A stretch of 64,000 nucleotides of DNA, from NCBI RefSeq assembly GCF_057098645.1, contig NZ_CM169472.1. One strand, written 5' to 3'. Both the position numbers and the translations under genes were made by a program. Position 1 is the stretch's first letter; every line of letters starts with the position of its first letter. The notes beneath the pieces were generated by a model. The model was given only the letters and a program-made list of their open reading frames with translations. It was not told the origin of the DNA and made no database searches. Positions 43,063 through 53,036 of this stretch are shown here, piece after piece.

Positions 43063-43294
43063 AAACCTCATCATCAGCACCCTCAATCTGGACGAGTTGA
43101 CGCCTGATGATATCGATACCGACGCGCCGCTGTTTGGCGACGGTTTAGGGCTGGACTCTATCGATGCCCTGGAACTGGGACTGGCAGTAAAAAATGAGTA
43201 CGGCATCGTGCTCTCTGCGGAAAGCGAAGAGATGCGTCAGCACTTTTTCTCCGTCGCCACTCTGGCCTCTTTCATTGCTGCGCAACGTGCCTGA
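43037..43294 (+). CDS. Acyl carrier protein 1
   Basis: 85 aa; phosphopantetheine attachment motif GLDSIDALEL. Confidence 0.8.
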   Translation: MQALYLEIKNLIISTLNLDELTPDDIDTDAPLFGDGLGLDSIDALELGLAVKNEYGIVLSAESEEMRQHFFSVATLASFIAAQRA

Positions 43295-43305
43295 GGAAAG
43301 CCATC

Positions 43306-43557
43306 ATGACAGAACAACAAACCGTCTATCAGGAAGTCTCAGCCCTGCTGGTTAAGCTGTTTGAAATCGATCCGCAGGACATCAAACCTGAAGCGCGCCT
43401 GTACGAAGATCTGGAACTGGACAGCATCGACGCCGTTGACATGATTGTGCACCTGCAAAAGAAAACCGGTAAGAAAATCAAGCCGGAAGAGTTTAAAGCC
43501 GTGCGTACAGTCCAGGATGTCGTCGAGGCTGTAGAACGCCTGCTACAAGAAGCCTGA
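43306..43557 (+). CDS. Acyl carrier protein 2
   Basis: 83 aa; motif LELDSIDAVDM. Confidence 0.8.
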   Translation: MTEQQTVYQEVSALLVKLFEIDPQDIKPEARLYEDLELDSIDAVDMIVHLQKKTGKKIKPEEFKAVRTVQDVVEAVERLLQEA

Positions 43558-43561
43558 TCTG

Positions 43562-44143
43562 ATGTCGGGCATTCGCTCGCTACCGATGATTAAGCTGCTG
43601 ACTGGATTATTGCTGCTCGCCTGGCCGTTTGTGATTTGGTTTGGCTTAGCGCATAACGGCCTGCACTGGCTGTTACCGCTAATGGCGTTGCTGCTTTTGT
43701 TGCGTCTGCGCCAGACCCGTCGCCAGGCGGGGCCTTTACAAGCCGTCACGCAACTCGTCGCTGTCGTGGGCATCGCATTATGTGTCGCCAGCTTTATGTT
43801 GAAAACGCACCAGCTACTGCTGTTTTACCCGGTAGTGGTTAACGCGGTCATGCTGGCGGTTTTTGGCGGTTCGCTGTGGTCGGCAATGCCGATAGTTGAG
43901 CGGCTGGCGCGGTTGCAGGAGCCAGACCTCCCGGAAAAGGGCGTGCGCTATACCCGCCACGTCACGCAAATCTGGTGCGGCTTTTTCATCATTAACGGTG
44001 GAATTGCCCTCTTTACCGCGCTTTATGCCGATATGTCGTTATGGACCGCCTGGAACGGCATGATTGCTTATTTGTTGATGGGGACGTTAATGGCTGGTGA
44101 ATGGCTGCTGCGCCGTCAGGTGATGAAAAGAGATCGCGCATGA
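43562..44143 (+). CDS. Polytopic membrane protein of unknown function
   Basis: 193 aa with several hydrophobic helices; conserved position after the ACP pair. Confidence 0.55.
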   Translation: MSGIRSLPMIKLLTGLLLLAWPFVIWFGLAHNGLHWLLPLMALLLLLRLRQTRRQAGPLQAVTQLVAVVGIALCVASFMLKTHQLLLFYPVVVNAVMLAVFGGSLWSAMPIVERLARLQEPDLPEKGVRYTRHVTQIWCGFFIINGGIALFTALYADMSLWTAWNGMIAYLLMGTLMAGEWLLRRQVMKRDRA

Positions 44144-45501
44144 AGCAGACCTTACCGCTTGCACGCTGGCTGACTGCGCCACGCCCTGATGACACACCCA
44201 TTGCGTGGCTGGACGAAAGCTTCTGGACGCTGGGCGATTTGCGTCACGATGTCGCGCAACTTATCTGCCGCTTGCAGCAACAGCCGGGTGAACGCTGGGC
44301 GCTGTGCTTTGAGAACAGCTATCTGTTTATCGTTGCCCTGCTCGCCACGCTACACGCCGGAAAAACGCCGGTGCTTCCGGGGCATAACCGTGTTATCCAG
44401 CTTAACGAGCAACGTGAACTTTTTGATGGTGTGCTTAGCGACAGCGAACTTAACTGGCAAGGTTCATTGCTGTTGGTAGCAAGTTCTCCACAAATCGCGA
44501 CACAATCCTTCACCTTTTCCGCTATAGCGCCAGAGGCTTTTATCGAGCTGTTTACCTCTGGTTCCACGGGACAGCCGAAGCGGGTGATTAAACCTGTTCA
44601 TTTGCTGGACCGTGAAGCAGAACTGCTGGCTGAACGATTAGGCGCACGTCTGGCGGGTTGTCGTGTCGTCGGTTCCGTATTGCCGCAGCATTTGTACGGC
44701 CTGACTTTTCGCGTTTTCCTGCCAATGGCGCTGGGATTACCCCTACATGCCGCCATGCTCTGGTATGTCGAACAGTTTGCCGCGTTGAGTCATCAGCATC
44801 GCTATATCTTCATCAGCAGCCCGGCATTTTTGAAGCGTCTGGATACACAGATTTCCCCGCCCCCCGTTCAGGTGCTTCTCTCTGCTGGCGGTGAGCTACC
44901 GTGGCAGGACGTACAACACACCGCGAACTGGCTGCGCGTCTGGCCTGATGAAATCTACGGCAGCACGGAAACCGGCGTCATTGCCTGGCGTTACCGCGAT
45001 CAGGAGCAACGCCGCTGGCAGCCCTTCCCCGGTATGCAGTTCCGGGCCGAAGGGAATGCATTTCGTCTCTTTTCCCCGCTGATGACGGAAGATAACGGCC
45101 TGTTACTCGACGATATCTTACAGTTTAGCGAAGATGGTCAGTTCCATCTGATGGGGCGTCGCGGACGCATCGTTAAGATTGAAGAAAAACGTATTTCGTT
45201 GCAGGAAGTGGAACAACGTCTGCTGGCACTGGACGGTATTCGCGAGGCGGCGGCAGTTCCTGTTACGCGCGGCGGGCGTCAGAGCATAGGCGTTTTGCTG
45301 GTGCTGGATGACGAAGCTCGTCTGCAATGGCAGAACGGCGGCGGGCATAGCCAGGAAATGACCTGGCGGCGATTACTACGCCCGACGCTGGAGCCTGTTG
45401 CCATTCCGCGTTACTGGCGCGTTATTGATGAAATGCCAGTAAACAGTATGAACAAGCGTGTCTATGCGCAATTACAGGAGTTATTTCATGAAGCCCCATG
45501 A
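44140..45501 (+). CDS. AMP-dependent synthetase/ligase (acyl/aryl-adenylating enzyme)
   Basis: AMP-binding motif TSGSTGQPK; ATG 44140 overlaps previous stop (ATGA). Confidence 0.8.
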   Translation: MKQTLPLARWLTAPRPDDTPIAWLDESFWTLGDLRHDVAQLICRLQQQPGERWALCFENSYLFIVALLATLHAGKTPVLPGHNRVIQLNEQRELFDGVLSDSELNWQGSLLLVASSPQIATQSFTFSAIAPEAFIELFTSGSTGQPKRVIKPVHLLDREAELLAERLGARLAGCRVVGSVLPQHLYGLTFRVFLPMALGLPLHAAMLWYVEQFAALSHQHRYIFISSPAFLKRLDTQISPPPVQVLLSAGGELPWQDVQHTANWLRVWPDEIYGSTETGVIAWRYRDQEQRRWQPFPGMQFRAEGNAFRLFSPLMTEDNGLLLDDILQFSEDGQFHLMGRRGRIVKIEEKRISLQEVEQRLLALDGIREAAAVPVTRGGRQSIGVLLVLDDEARLQWQNGGGHSQEMTWRRLLRPTLEPVAIPRYWRVIDEMPVNSMNKRVYAQLQELFHEAP

Positions 45502-45841
45502 AATCGAGCGCCATCAGGCACAAGCGAATCACCTTGAGATTGTTTTGCATCTCAGGGCAGATCTGTTCTGGTTTCGCGGCCATTTTGCCGTGCAACCATT
45601 ACTCCCTGGCGTGGCACAAATCGACTGGGCAATGAGTTACGCGCTTGCCCTGCTCGCGCCTGGCTGGCGTTTTCACTCCATTCAGAACATAAAATTTCAG
45701 TCTCCGTTGCTGCCGGAAAACCGCGTCACGCTCACGCTTAACTGGCAGGAAGATCGCCAGATTCTGAGCTTTAGCTATCAGCGTCACGACGGTGACGCCC
45801 GCCACACCGCCAGTAGCGGGAAGATCCGCCTATGTCGGTAA
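45488..45841 (+). CDS. Hotdog-fold 3-hydroxyacyl-ACP dehydratase-like protein
   Basis: 117 aa from ATG 45488 (MKPHEIERHQ...); overlaps the ligase stop. Confidence 0.5.
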   Translation: MKPHEIERHQAQANHLEIVLHLRADLFWFRGHFAVQPLLPGVAQIDWAMSYALALLAPGWRFHSIQNIKFQSPLLPENRVTLTLNWQEDRQILSFSYQRHDGDARHTASSGKIRLCR

Positions 45842-47508
45842 ACTTTTCGCCCTGCGTGTTGATCCCCTGCTACAACCACGGCGCGATGATGCCGGGCGTG
45901 CTGGCGCGTCTTAAGCCATTTAATCTGCCCTGTATTGTGGTGGACGACGGCAGCGATGCCGCCACGCAACAGCAACTGGACAGTCTGCTTGCCGAGCAGC
46001 CTGGCGTGACTTTAATTCGCCTGGCAGAAAACGCAGGCAAAGGCGCGGCGGTGATGTACGGCTTACAGGCGGCGAAAGACGCGGGCTTCAGCCATGCGGT
46101 GCAGGTGGATGCTGACGGTCAACATGCGATTGAAGATATCCCCAAACTGCTGGCAGTCGCTGAACAACACCCTGCGGCGCTGATCTCCGGCCAGCCAATT
46201 TACGATGACTCCATCCCCCGCTCACGGCTTTACGGGCGCTGGGTCACCCACGTCTGGGTATGGATCGAAACGCTCTCCCTGCAACTGAAAGACAGCATGT
46301 GCGGTTTTCGCGTTTATCCGGTTGCGCCGACGCTGCAACTGGCAAAACACGCCACCATCGGCAAGCGGATGGATTTCGACACTGAAGTGATGGTGCGCCT
46401 CTACTGGCAGGGAAACACCAGCTATTTCGTGCCGACCCGCGTCACCTATCCACTGGACGGGCTTTCACATTTTGATGCCCTGAAAGATAACGTCCGCATC
46501 TCGCTCATGCACACGCGTCTGTTTTTCGGCATGTTGCCGCGTATTCCTTCACTGCTGATGCGCCGCTCTTCCAGCCACTGGGCGCGGCAGAGTGAAGTGA
46601 AAGGATTATGGGGAATGCGCCTGATGCTGCTGGTCTGGCGTCTGCTGGGAAGAACGGCGTTTAGCGCGCTGCTTTACCCGGTGGTGGGCGTCTACTGGCT
46701 CACTGCTTCTCGTGCGCGCAAAGCGTCGCAAGACTGGCTCGCCCGTGTACGACAGCATCAACCACAGGCGGCAAAACTCAACAGCTATCAGCACTTTCTA
46801 CGTTTCGGTAATGCCATGCTCGACAAAATCGCCAGCTGGCGCGGCGAGCTACAACTGGGGCGTGATGTGCTGTTTGCGCCAGGCGCAGAAGCGGCGCTTG
46901 ACGTCCGCGATCCGCGCGGCAAATTGCTGCTGGCCTCGCATCTTGGCGATGTGGAAGTGTGCCGGGCGCTGGCAAAAATTCAGGGCTACAAAACCATTAA
47001 CGCGCTGGTGTTTAGCGAAAACGCCCAACGCTTTAAACAGATAATGCAGGAGATGGCCCCGCAGGCTGGTATCAACCTGATGCCGGTAACAGATATCGGC
47101 CCGGAAACCGCCATCCTGCTAAAAGATAAGCTGGATAACGGCGAATGGGTGGCGATTGTCGGCGACCGCATCGCCGTCAACCCGCAACGCGGCGGCGACT
47201 GGCGCGTCTGCTGGAGTCCGTTTATGGGCCAGCCTGCGCCTTTCCCACAGGGGCCATTTATTCTCGCGTCTATTTTGCGCTGCCCGGTGAATCTGATTTT
47301 CGCCCTACGCCAGCACGGCAAGCTGCATATTCACTGCGAAACCTTTGCCGACCCGCTGCTGTTGCCGCGTGGCGAACGCCAACAGGCGCTGCAAAACGCT
47401 ATCGACCACTACGCCGCGCGTCTGGAACATTACGCGCTCCAGTCGCCCCTCGACTGGTTTAATTTTTTCGATTTCTGGCAACTGCCGGAAATTCAGGACA
47501 AGGAGTAA
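45832..47508 (+). CDS. Fusion protein: family-2 glycosyltransferase N-domain plus lipid-A-type (LpxL/HtrB-like) acyltransferase C-domain
   Basis: 558 aa; N-terminus CVLIPCYNHG...VVDDGSDA (GT2 signature); C-terminal half resembles lauroyl/myristoyl acyltransferases. Confidence 0.65.
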   Translation: MSVNFSPCVLIPCYNHGAMMPGVLARLKPFNLPCIVVDDGSDAATQQQLDSLLAEQPGVTLIRLAENAGKGAAVMYGLQAAKDAGFSHAVQVDADGQHAIEDIPKLLAVAEQHPAALISGQPIYDDSIPRSRLYGRWVTHVWVWIETLSLQLKDSMCGFRVYPVAPTLQLAKHATIGKRMDFDTEVMVRLYWQGNTSYFVPTRVTYPLDGLSHFDALKDNVRISLMHTRLFFGMLPRIPSLLMRRSSSHWARQSEVKGLWGMRLMLLVWRLLGRTAFSALLYPVVGVYWLTASRARKASQDWLARVRQHQPQAAKLNSYQHFLRFGNAMLDKIASWRGELQLGRDVLFAPGAEAALDVRDPRGKLLLASHLGDVEVCRALAKIQGYKTINALVFSENAQRFKQIMQEMAPQAGINLMPVTDIGPETAILLKDKLDNGEWVAIVGDRIAVNPQRGGDWRVCWSPFMGQPAPFPQGPFILASILRCPVNLIFALRQHGKLHIHCETFADPLLLPRGERQQALQNAIDHYAARLEHYALQSPLDWFNFFDFWQLPEIQDKE

Positions 47509-47511
47509 AGG

Positions 47512-47934
47512 GTGCTTAACGATCCCCGATTTACCGCTGAAGTCGAGCTGACCATTCCCTTTCACGACGTCGATATGATGGGCGTGGCCTGGCACGGTAA
47601 CTATTTTCGCTACTTTGAAGTGGCCCGCGAGGCGCTGCTCAACCAGTTCAATTACGGCTATCGGCAGATGAAAGAGTCCGGTTATTTGTGGCCAGTGGTC
47701 GATGCGCGGGTGAAATATCGCCACGCCCTCACCTTTGAGCAACGCATCCGCGTGCGTGCGCATATCGAAGAGTTCGAAAACCGTCTGCGGATTGGCTATC
47801 AGATTTTCGATGCCGAAACGGGCAAACGCGCCACCACCGGATACACCATTCAGGTCGCGGTCGACGAGCAAAGTCGCGAACTGTGCTTTGTCAGCCCCGA
47901 TATTCTGTTTGAACGCATGGGAGTCAAATCATGA
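47512..47934 (+). CDS. Hotdog-fold acyl-CoA/ACP thioesterase (4HBT/YbgC-like)
   Basis: 140 aa; motif HDVDMMGVAWHGNYFRYFE. Confidence 0.7.
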   Translation: MLNDPRFTAEVELTIPFHDVDMMGVAWHGNYFRYFEVAREALLNQFNYGYRQMKESGYLWPVVDARVKYRHALTFEQRIRVRAHIEEFENRLRIGYQIFDAETGKRATTGYTIQVAVDEQSRELCFVSPDILFERMGVKS

Positions 47935-48536
47935 AATTTTTACCGCTGCTGGCGCTGCTGATTAGCCCGTTTGTGAGCGCCCTGAGCCTGGACGATCTTC
48001 AGCAACGCTTTACCGAACAGCCGGTGATCCGCGCCCATTTCGATCAAACCCGGACGATTAAAGATCTGCCGCAGCCGCTGCGATCTCAGGGCCAGATGTT
48101 GATCACCCGCGACCAGGGGCTGTTGTGGGATCAAACCTCACCGTTCCCCATGCAACTATTACTGGACGATAAACGCATGGCGCAGGTGATCAACGGTCAG
48201 CCGCCGCAAATCATCACGGCAGAAAATAACCCGCAGATGTTCCAGTTTAACCACCTGCTGCGCGCGCTGTTCCAGGCCGATCGCAAAGTGCTGGAACAAA
48301 ACTTCCGCGTCGAATTTGCCGACAAAGGCGAAGGCCGCTGGACGCTGCGCCTGACGCCGACCACCACGCCACTGGATAAAATTTTCAACACCATCGATCT
48401 CGCCGGGCAAACCTATCTGGAGAGCATTCAGCTTAATGATAAACAGGGCGATCGCACCGATATTGCTCTTACCCAACATCAACTGACACCAGCGCAACTG
48501 ACCGATGACGAACGCCAACGTTTTGCCGCCCAGTAA
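47931..48536 (+). CDS. LolA-like outer-membrane lipoprotein carrier protein
   Basis: 201 aa; signal peptide MKFLPLLALLISPFVSA; size and pattern of LolA/LolB-fold proteins. Confidence 0.55.
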   Translation: MKFLPLLALLISPFVSALSLDDLQQRFTEQPVIRAHFDQTRTIKDLPQPLRSQGQMLITRDQGLLWDQTSPFPMQLLLDDKRMAQVINGQPPQIITAENNPQMFQFNHLLRALFQADRKVLEQNFRVEFADKGEGRWTLRLTPTTTPLDKIFNTIDLAGQTYLESIQLNDKQGDRTDIALTQHQLTPAQLTDDERQRFAAQ

Positions 48537-50823
48537 ACGCCCCGCGCTGTTATGGGGGCTAGTCTGCCTGGTCATGGCGGCGGCGTTGCTGATCCTGCTG
48601 CCGCAATCACGGCTGAACAGTAGCGTGCTGGCTATGTTACCCAAACAGGCGATGGGCGATATTCCCCCAGCGCTGAATGACGGCTTTATGCAGCGTCTGG
48701 ACCGCCAACTGGTGTGGCTGGTCAGCCCCGGTAAAGAGGCTAATCCCAGGGTCGCTCAGGAGTGGCTGACGCAGCTGCAAAAATCCGCTGCGCTTGGCGA
48801 CATTAAAGGGCCAATGGATGCCGCCAGCCAGCAGGCGTGGGGAGCGTTTTTCTGGCAGCACCGCAACGGCCTGATTGACCACGACACCCGCGCCCGCCTG
48901 CAAAACGGCGGCGAAGCGCAGGCGCAGTGGATCCTCTCCCAGCTTTATTCTGCATTCTCCGGGGTAAGCGGCAAGGAGCTGCAAAACGATCCGCTGATGT
49001 TAATGCGCGGCTCGCAGCTGGCGATGGCAAAAAATGGCCAGCGTTTGCGGCTGATGGACGGCTGGCTGGTGACGCAGGATCCCCAGGGCAACTACTGGTA
49101 TCTGCTGCACGGCGAACTGGCGGGATCGTCGTTTGATATGCAGCAAACCCACCAGCTCATCACGACCCTGAATACGCTGGAAAAGGATCTGAAAACGCGT
49201 TACCCACAGGCGCAGTTGCTCTCGCGCGGCACGGTATTTTACAGCGATTACGCCAGTCAACAGGCGAAGCAGGATATCTCAACCCTGGGCGTGGCAACGC
49301 TGCTGGGGGTGATATTGCTGATTGTGGCGGTGTTCCGCTCTTTGCGTCCGTTGCTGCTTTGCATGATTTCCATCGGCATCGGCGCGCTGGCGGGAACGGT
49401 CGCCACATTGTTGATTTTCGGTGAATTACACCTGATGACGCTGGTGATGAGCATGAGCGTTATCGGCATTTCCGCTGACTACACACTCTATTATCTCACC
49501 GAGCGGATGGTGCACGGCAACGACGTTTCGCCGTGGCAAAGCCTGGCGAAAGTACGCAATGCCTTGCTACTGGCGCTGCTCACCACCGTGGCGGCATATC
49601 TGATTATGATGCTCGCCCCCTTCCCCGGTATCCGCCAGATGGCGATTTTTGCCGCCATCGGGTTGAGCGCCTCTTGTCTGACCGTCCTGTTCTGGCATCC
49701 GTGGCTGTGCCGTGGCCTGCCGGTGCGCCCGGTTCCGGCGATGGCGCTGATGCTACGCTGGCTGGCAGCGTGGCGGCGCAATAAAAAACTGTCGCTGGGT
49801 CTGCCCGTCGCGCTGGCGCTGTTTTCGCTGGCGGGGATGTCAATGCTGCGCGTCGATGACGATATCTCGCAGTTACAGGCGCTGCCGCAGCATATTCTGG
49901 CGCAGGAGAAAGCCATTACCGCCCTGACCGGACAAAGCGTCGATCAAAAATGGTTTGTAGTTTACGGCGACTTCCCACAGCAAACATTGCGGCGGCTGGA
50001 GACATTTACCACCTCACTGGAGAAAGCGAAAAAAGACGGCCTTATCAGCAACTACCGCACCATTCCGCTGAACTCCCTGGCGCGGCAGGAGGAAGATTTA
50101 GACCTGCTGAAAACGGCGGCCCCGACAGTAACAAAAGCGCTGCAAAATGCCGGGCTGACGGCAGTGAACCCGGATCTCAACGCCATGCCAGTGAACGTTG
50201 ATGAATGGCTGGCAAGCCCCGCCAGTGAAGGCTGGCGTCTGCTGTGGCTGACGCTGGAAAACGGCGAAAGCGGCGTACTGGTGCCGGTTGAAGGGGTTAA
50301 AAGTAGCGCGTTGATGCAGGAAATCGCCACATATTACCCTTGCGGCATTGCCTGGGTTGATCGCAAAAGCACCTTTGATGAATTGTTCGCACTTTACCGC
50401 TACGTCTTAACCGGCTTGTTGCTGGTGGCGCTGGCAGTGATTGCCTGCGGCGCAGTGGCCCGTCTCGGCTGGCGCAAAGGGCTTATCAGCCTGGTGCCTT
50501 CGGTGCTTTCGCTGGGCTGTGGTCTGGCGGTGCTGGCGATGAGCGGGCAGGCGGTGAATCTCTTTTCGCTGCTGGCGCTGGTGCTGGTGCTTGGCATCGG
50601 TATCAACTACACGCTGTTTTTCAGTAATCCGCGCGGTACACCGTTAACTTCGCTACTGGCGATCGCGCTGGCAATGCTCACCACCTTGCTGACGCTGGGA
50701 ATGTTGGTATTCAGCGCCACCCAGGCCATCAGCAGTTTTGGCATTGTGCTGGTGAGCGGTATTTTCACCGCCTTCCTGCTTTCGCCGCTGGCTATGCCCG
50801 ATAAAAAGAGAACAAAAAAATGA
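48505..50823 (+). CDS. MMPL/RND-superfamily exporter
   Basis: 772 aa; two blocks of TM helices separated by soluble loops; exact start uncertain (overlaps previous gene by 32 nt). Confidence 0.7.
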   Translation: MTNANVLPPSKRPALLWGLVCLVMAAALLILLPQSRLNSSVLAMLPKQAMGDIPPALNDGFMQRLDRQLVWLVSPGKEANPRVAQEWLTQLQKSAALGDIKGPMDAASQQAWGAFFWQHRNGLIDHDTRARLQNGGEAQAQWILSQLYSAFSGVSGKELQNDPLMLMRGSQLAMAKNGQRLRLMDGWLVTQDPQGNYWYLLHGELAGSSFDMQQTHQLITTLNTLEKDLKTRYPQAQLLSRGTVFYSDYASQQAKQDISTLGVATLLGVILLIVAVFRSLRPLLLCMISIGIGALAGTVATLLIFGELHLMTLVMSMSVIGISADYTLYYLTERMVHGNDVSPWQSLAKVRNALLLALLTTVAAYLIMMLAPFPGIRQMAIFAAIGLSASCLTVLFWHPWLCRGLPVRPVPAMALMLRWLAAWRRNKKLSLGLPVALALFSLAGMSMLRVDDDISQLQALPQHILAQEKAITALTGQSVDQKWFVVYGDFPQQTLRRLETFTTSLEKAKKDGLISNYRTIPLNSLARQEEDLDLLKTAAPTVTKALQNAGLTAVNPDLNAMPVNVDEWLASPASEGWRLLWLTLENGESGVLVPVEGVKSSALMQEIATYYPCGIAWVDRKSTFDELFALYRYVLTGLLLVALAVIACGAVARLGWRKGLISLVPSVLSLGCGLAVLAMSGQAVNLFSLLALVLVLGIGINYTLFFSNPRGTPLTSLLAIALAMLTTLLTLGMLVFSATQAISSFGIVLVSGIFTAFLLSPLAMPDKKRTKK

Positions 50824-51404
50824 TCAAACCCACATTCTGGCGAGCGTTTGCCCTGACCGCTACGCTTATCCTCACCGGCTGTAGCCACTCGCAACCAGAA
50901 CAGGAAGGCCGCCCGCAAGCGTGGCTGCAACCTGGCTCGCGCATCACGCTGCCTGCGCCGGGGATTTCACCCGCCGTCAATTCCCAGCAACTGTTGACCG
51001 GCAGCTTCAACGGCAACACCCAGTCGCTGCTAGTGATGCTTAACGCCGACGACCAGAAAATCACCCTTGCCGGACTGTCGTCGGTCGGCATTCGCCTGTT
51101 TCTGGTGACCTACGATGCGCAAGGGCTACGCGCCGAGCAATCCATCGTCGTCCCACAGTTACCGCCCGCAAGTCAGGTACTGGCTGACGTGATGCTCAGC
51201 CACTGGCCGATTAGCGCCTGGCAACCGCAACTTCCCGCAGGATGGACACTTCGCGACAACGGTGACAAACGCGAGCTGCGTAACGCCAGCGGCAAACTGG
51301 TCACGGAAATAACCTATCTGAATCGCAAGGGCAAACGCGTGCCAATCAGCATTGAGCAGCATGTCTTTAAATACCACATCACCATTCAATACTTAGGTGA
51401 CTGA
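50820..51404 (+). CDS. Lipoprotein of unknown function (DUF3261-like)
   Basis: 194 aa; lipobox LTGCSHS. Confidence 0.55.
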   Translation: MIKPTFWRAFALTATLILTGCSHSQPEQEGRPQAWLQPGSRITLPAPGISPAVNSQQLLTGSFNGNTQSLLVMLNADDQKITLAGLSSVGIRLFLVTYDAQGLRAEQSIVVPQLPPASQVLADVMLSHWPISAWQPQLPAGWTLRDNGDKRELRNASGKLVTEITYLNRKGKRVPISIEQHVFKYHITIQYLGD

Positions 51405-51405
51405 T

Positions 51406-52575
51406 ATGATTTATATTTCCGCCGTCGGCATGATCAACGCCCTGGGAAATAACCTTGACGATATCGCAGCCAACCTGACTCGCGGTGTCGCCCCCGGAAT
51501 GCGCCCACGCGCAGGCTGGTTGCAGGGGCATCCGCAGGCGGTCCTGGCTGGCGTGGATGGCGAGCTTCCGCTTATCCCGGAAAAATTCGCTGCGCATCGC
51601 TCGCGCAACAATCAGATCCTGCTGGCGGCGCTGGCGCAGCTCCAGCCGCAGGTTGATGACGCTATCGCGAAATATGGTCGCCAGCGCATCGCGATTGTAC
51701 TTGGCACCAGCACCTCCGGCCTGCATGAAGGCGACACGCACGTTAACCTGCGCACCCACGGGCAGCCGAGCACCACATGGCACTACGCGCAACAGGAACT
51801 CGGCGATCCGTCGCGTTTTCTCAGCCACTGGCTGGCGCTCGACGGCCCGGCCTATACCCTTTCAACCGCCTGCTCTTCCAGCGCCAGAGCGATAATCAGC
51901 GGGCGCAGGCTTATCGAAGCGGGGCTGGTCGATGCCGCCATTGTGGGTGGCGCAGACACCCTGAGCCGGATGCCGATTAACGGTTTTCACAGCCTCGAAT
52001 CGCTGTCGCCAACCTTATGTCAGCCGTTTGGTCGTGACCGCGCAGGTATCACCATTGGTGAAGGGGCGGGGCTAATGCTGCTGACCCGGGAACCGCAGCC
52101 CATCGCGTTGCTGGGCGTTGGTGAATCGAGCGACGCTTACCATATTTCAGCCCCGCATCCGCAGGGCGAAGGAGCGATCCGCGCTATTAATCAGGCGCTG
52201 ACCGATGCGCAGCTTACGCCAGATGACGTCGGCTATATCAACCTGCACGGCACCGCCACACAACTCAACGATCAGATTGAATCAATGGTGGTTAACGCCC
52301 TGTTTGGCGAACGCGTACCGTGCAGCTCCACCAAACATTTGACCGGACACACGCTGGGCGCAGCGGGCATTACCGAGGCGGCAATTAGTATGTTGATTTT
52401 ACAGCGTGATTTACCGCTGCCCGCTCAGGACTTCAGCCTGTCGCCGCGCGATCCCACGCTGCCACCGTGTGGCATTATCGAAAAACCGCAGCCGCTGGCA
52501 CGTCCGGTGATCCTGTCCAATTCCTTCGCCTTTGGCGGCAATAACGCCAGCATTCTGCTCGGGAGGGTTTCGTGA
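51406..52575 (+). CDS. Beta-ketoacyl-ACP synthase (active KS)
   Basis: ORF track 51397..52575; start moved to ATG giving MIYISAVGMINALGN; active-site Cys in TACSSS, His motifs HGTATQ and GHTLGAAG. Confidence 0.8.
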   Translation: MIYISAVGMINALGNNLDDIAANLTRGVAPGMRPRAGWLQGHPQAVLAGVDGELPLIPEKFAAHRSRNNQILLAALAQLQPQVDDAIAKYGRQRIAIVLGTSTSGLHEGDTHVNLRTHGQPSTTWHYAQQELGDPSRFLSHWLALDGPAYTLSTACSSSARAIISGRRLIEAGLVDAAIVGGADTLSRMPINGFHSLESLSPTLCQPFGRDRAGITIGEGAGLMLLTREPQPIALLGVGESSDAYHISAPHPQGEGAIRAINQALTDAQLTPDDVGYINLHGTATQLNDQIESMVVNALFGERVPCSSTKHLTGHTLGAAGITEAAISMLILQRDLPLPAQDFSLSPRDPTLPPCGIIEKPQPLARPVILSNSFAFGGNNASILLGRVS

Positions 52576-53036
52576 GCCACTATTTATCCCCCGGCGCTTA
52601 TCTGCCCCACGACGCGCCCATGTTACTGCTGGAAGACGTGGTGAGCGTCAGCGATGACAGCGCGGTGTGCCGCGTAACGGTCTCGCCCAGCGGCGTACTG
52701 GCACCGTTCCTCGACCCGGACGGCAATCTACCCGGCTGGTTTGCCCTTGAACTGATGGCGCAAACCGTCGGTGTCTGGTCTGGCTGGCATCGCCGCCAGC
52801 AGGGCAAAAACAGTATTGAGTTAGGGATGATACTGGGCGCGCGTGAATTGCTTTGCACCACTGGCATTCTGCCCGCAGGCCAGACGCTGACCATTACCGT
52901 CAAACTGCTGATGCAAGACGATCGCTTCGGCAGTTTTGAGTGCAGCATCAACGACGGCGAGGCGACGGGCCGCATTAACACCTTCCAGCCGACCGCGGAA
53001 GAACTTACCACCCTGTTTCAACAAGGAGCGTCCTGA
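52572..53036 (+). CDS. Hotdog-fold dehydratase
   Basis: 154 aa; GTG start overlapping the KS stop. Confidence 0.55.
   Translation: MSHYLSPGAYLPHDAPMLLLEDVVSVSDDSAVCRVTVSPSGVLAPFLDPDGNLPGWFALELMAQTVGVWSGWHRRQQGKNSIELGMILGARELLCTTGILPAGQTLTITVKLLMQDDRFGSFECSINDGEATGRINTFQPTAEELTTLFQQGAS

Noticed and set aside
48505-48536. Alternative start for the MMPL exporter creating a 32-nt overlap with the LolA-like gene
   Set aside because: The true start cannot be resolved from sequence alone; kept the track coordinates and flagged the uncertainty instead of inventing a start
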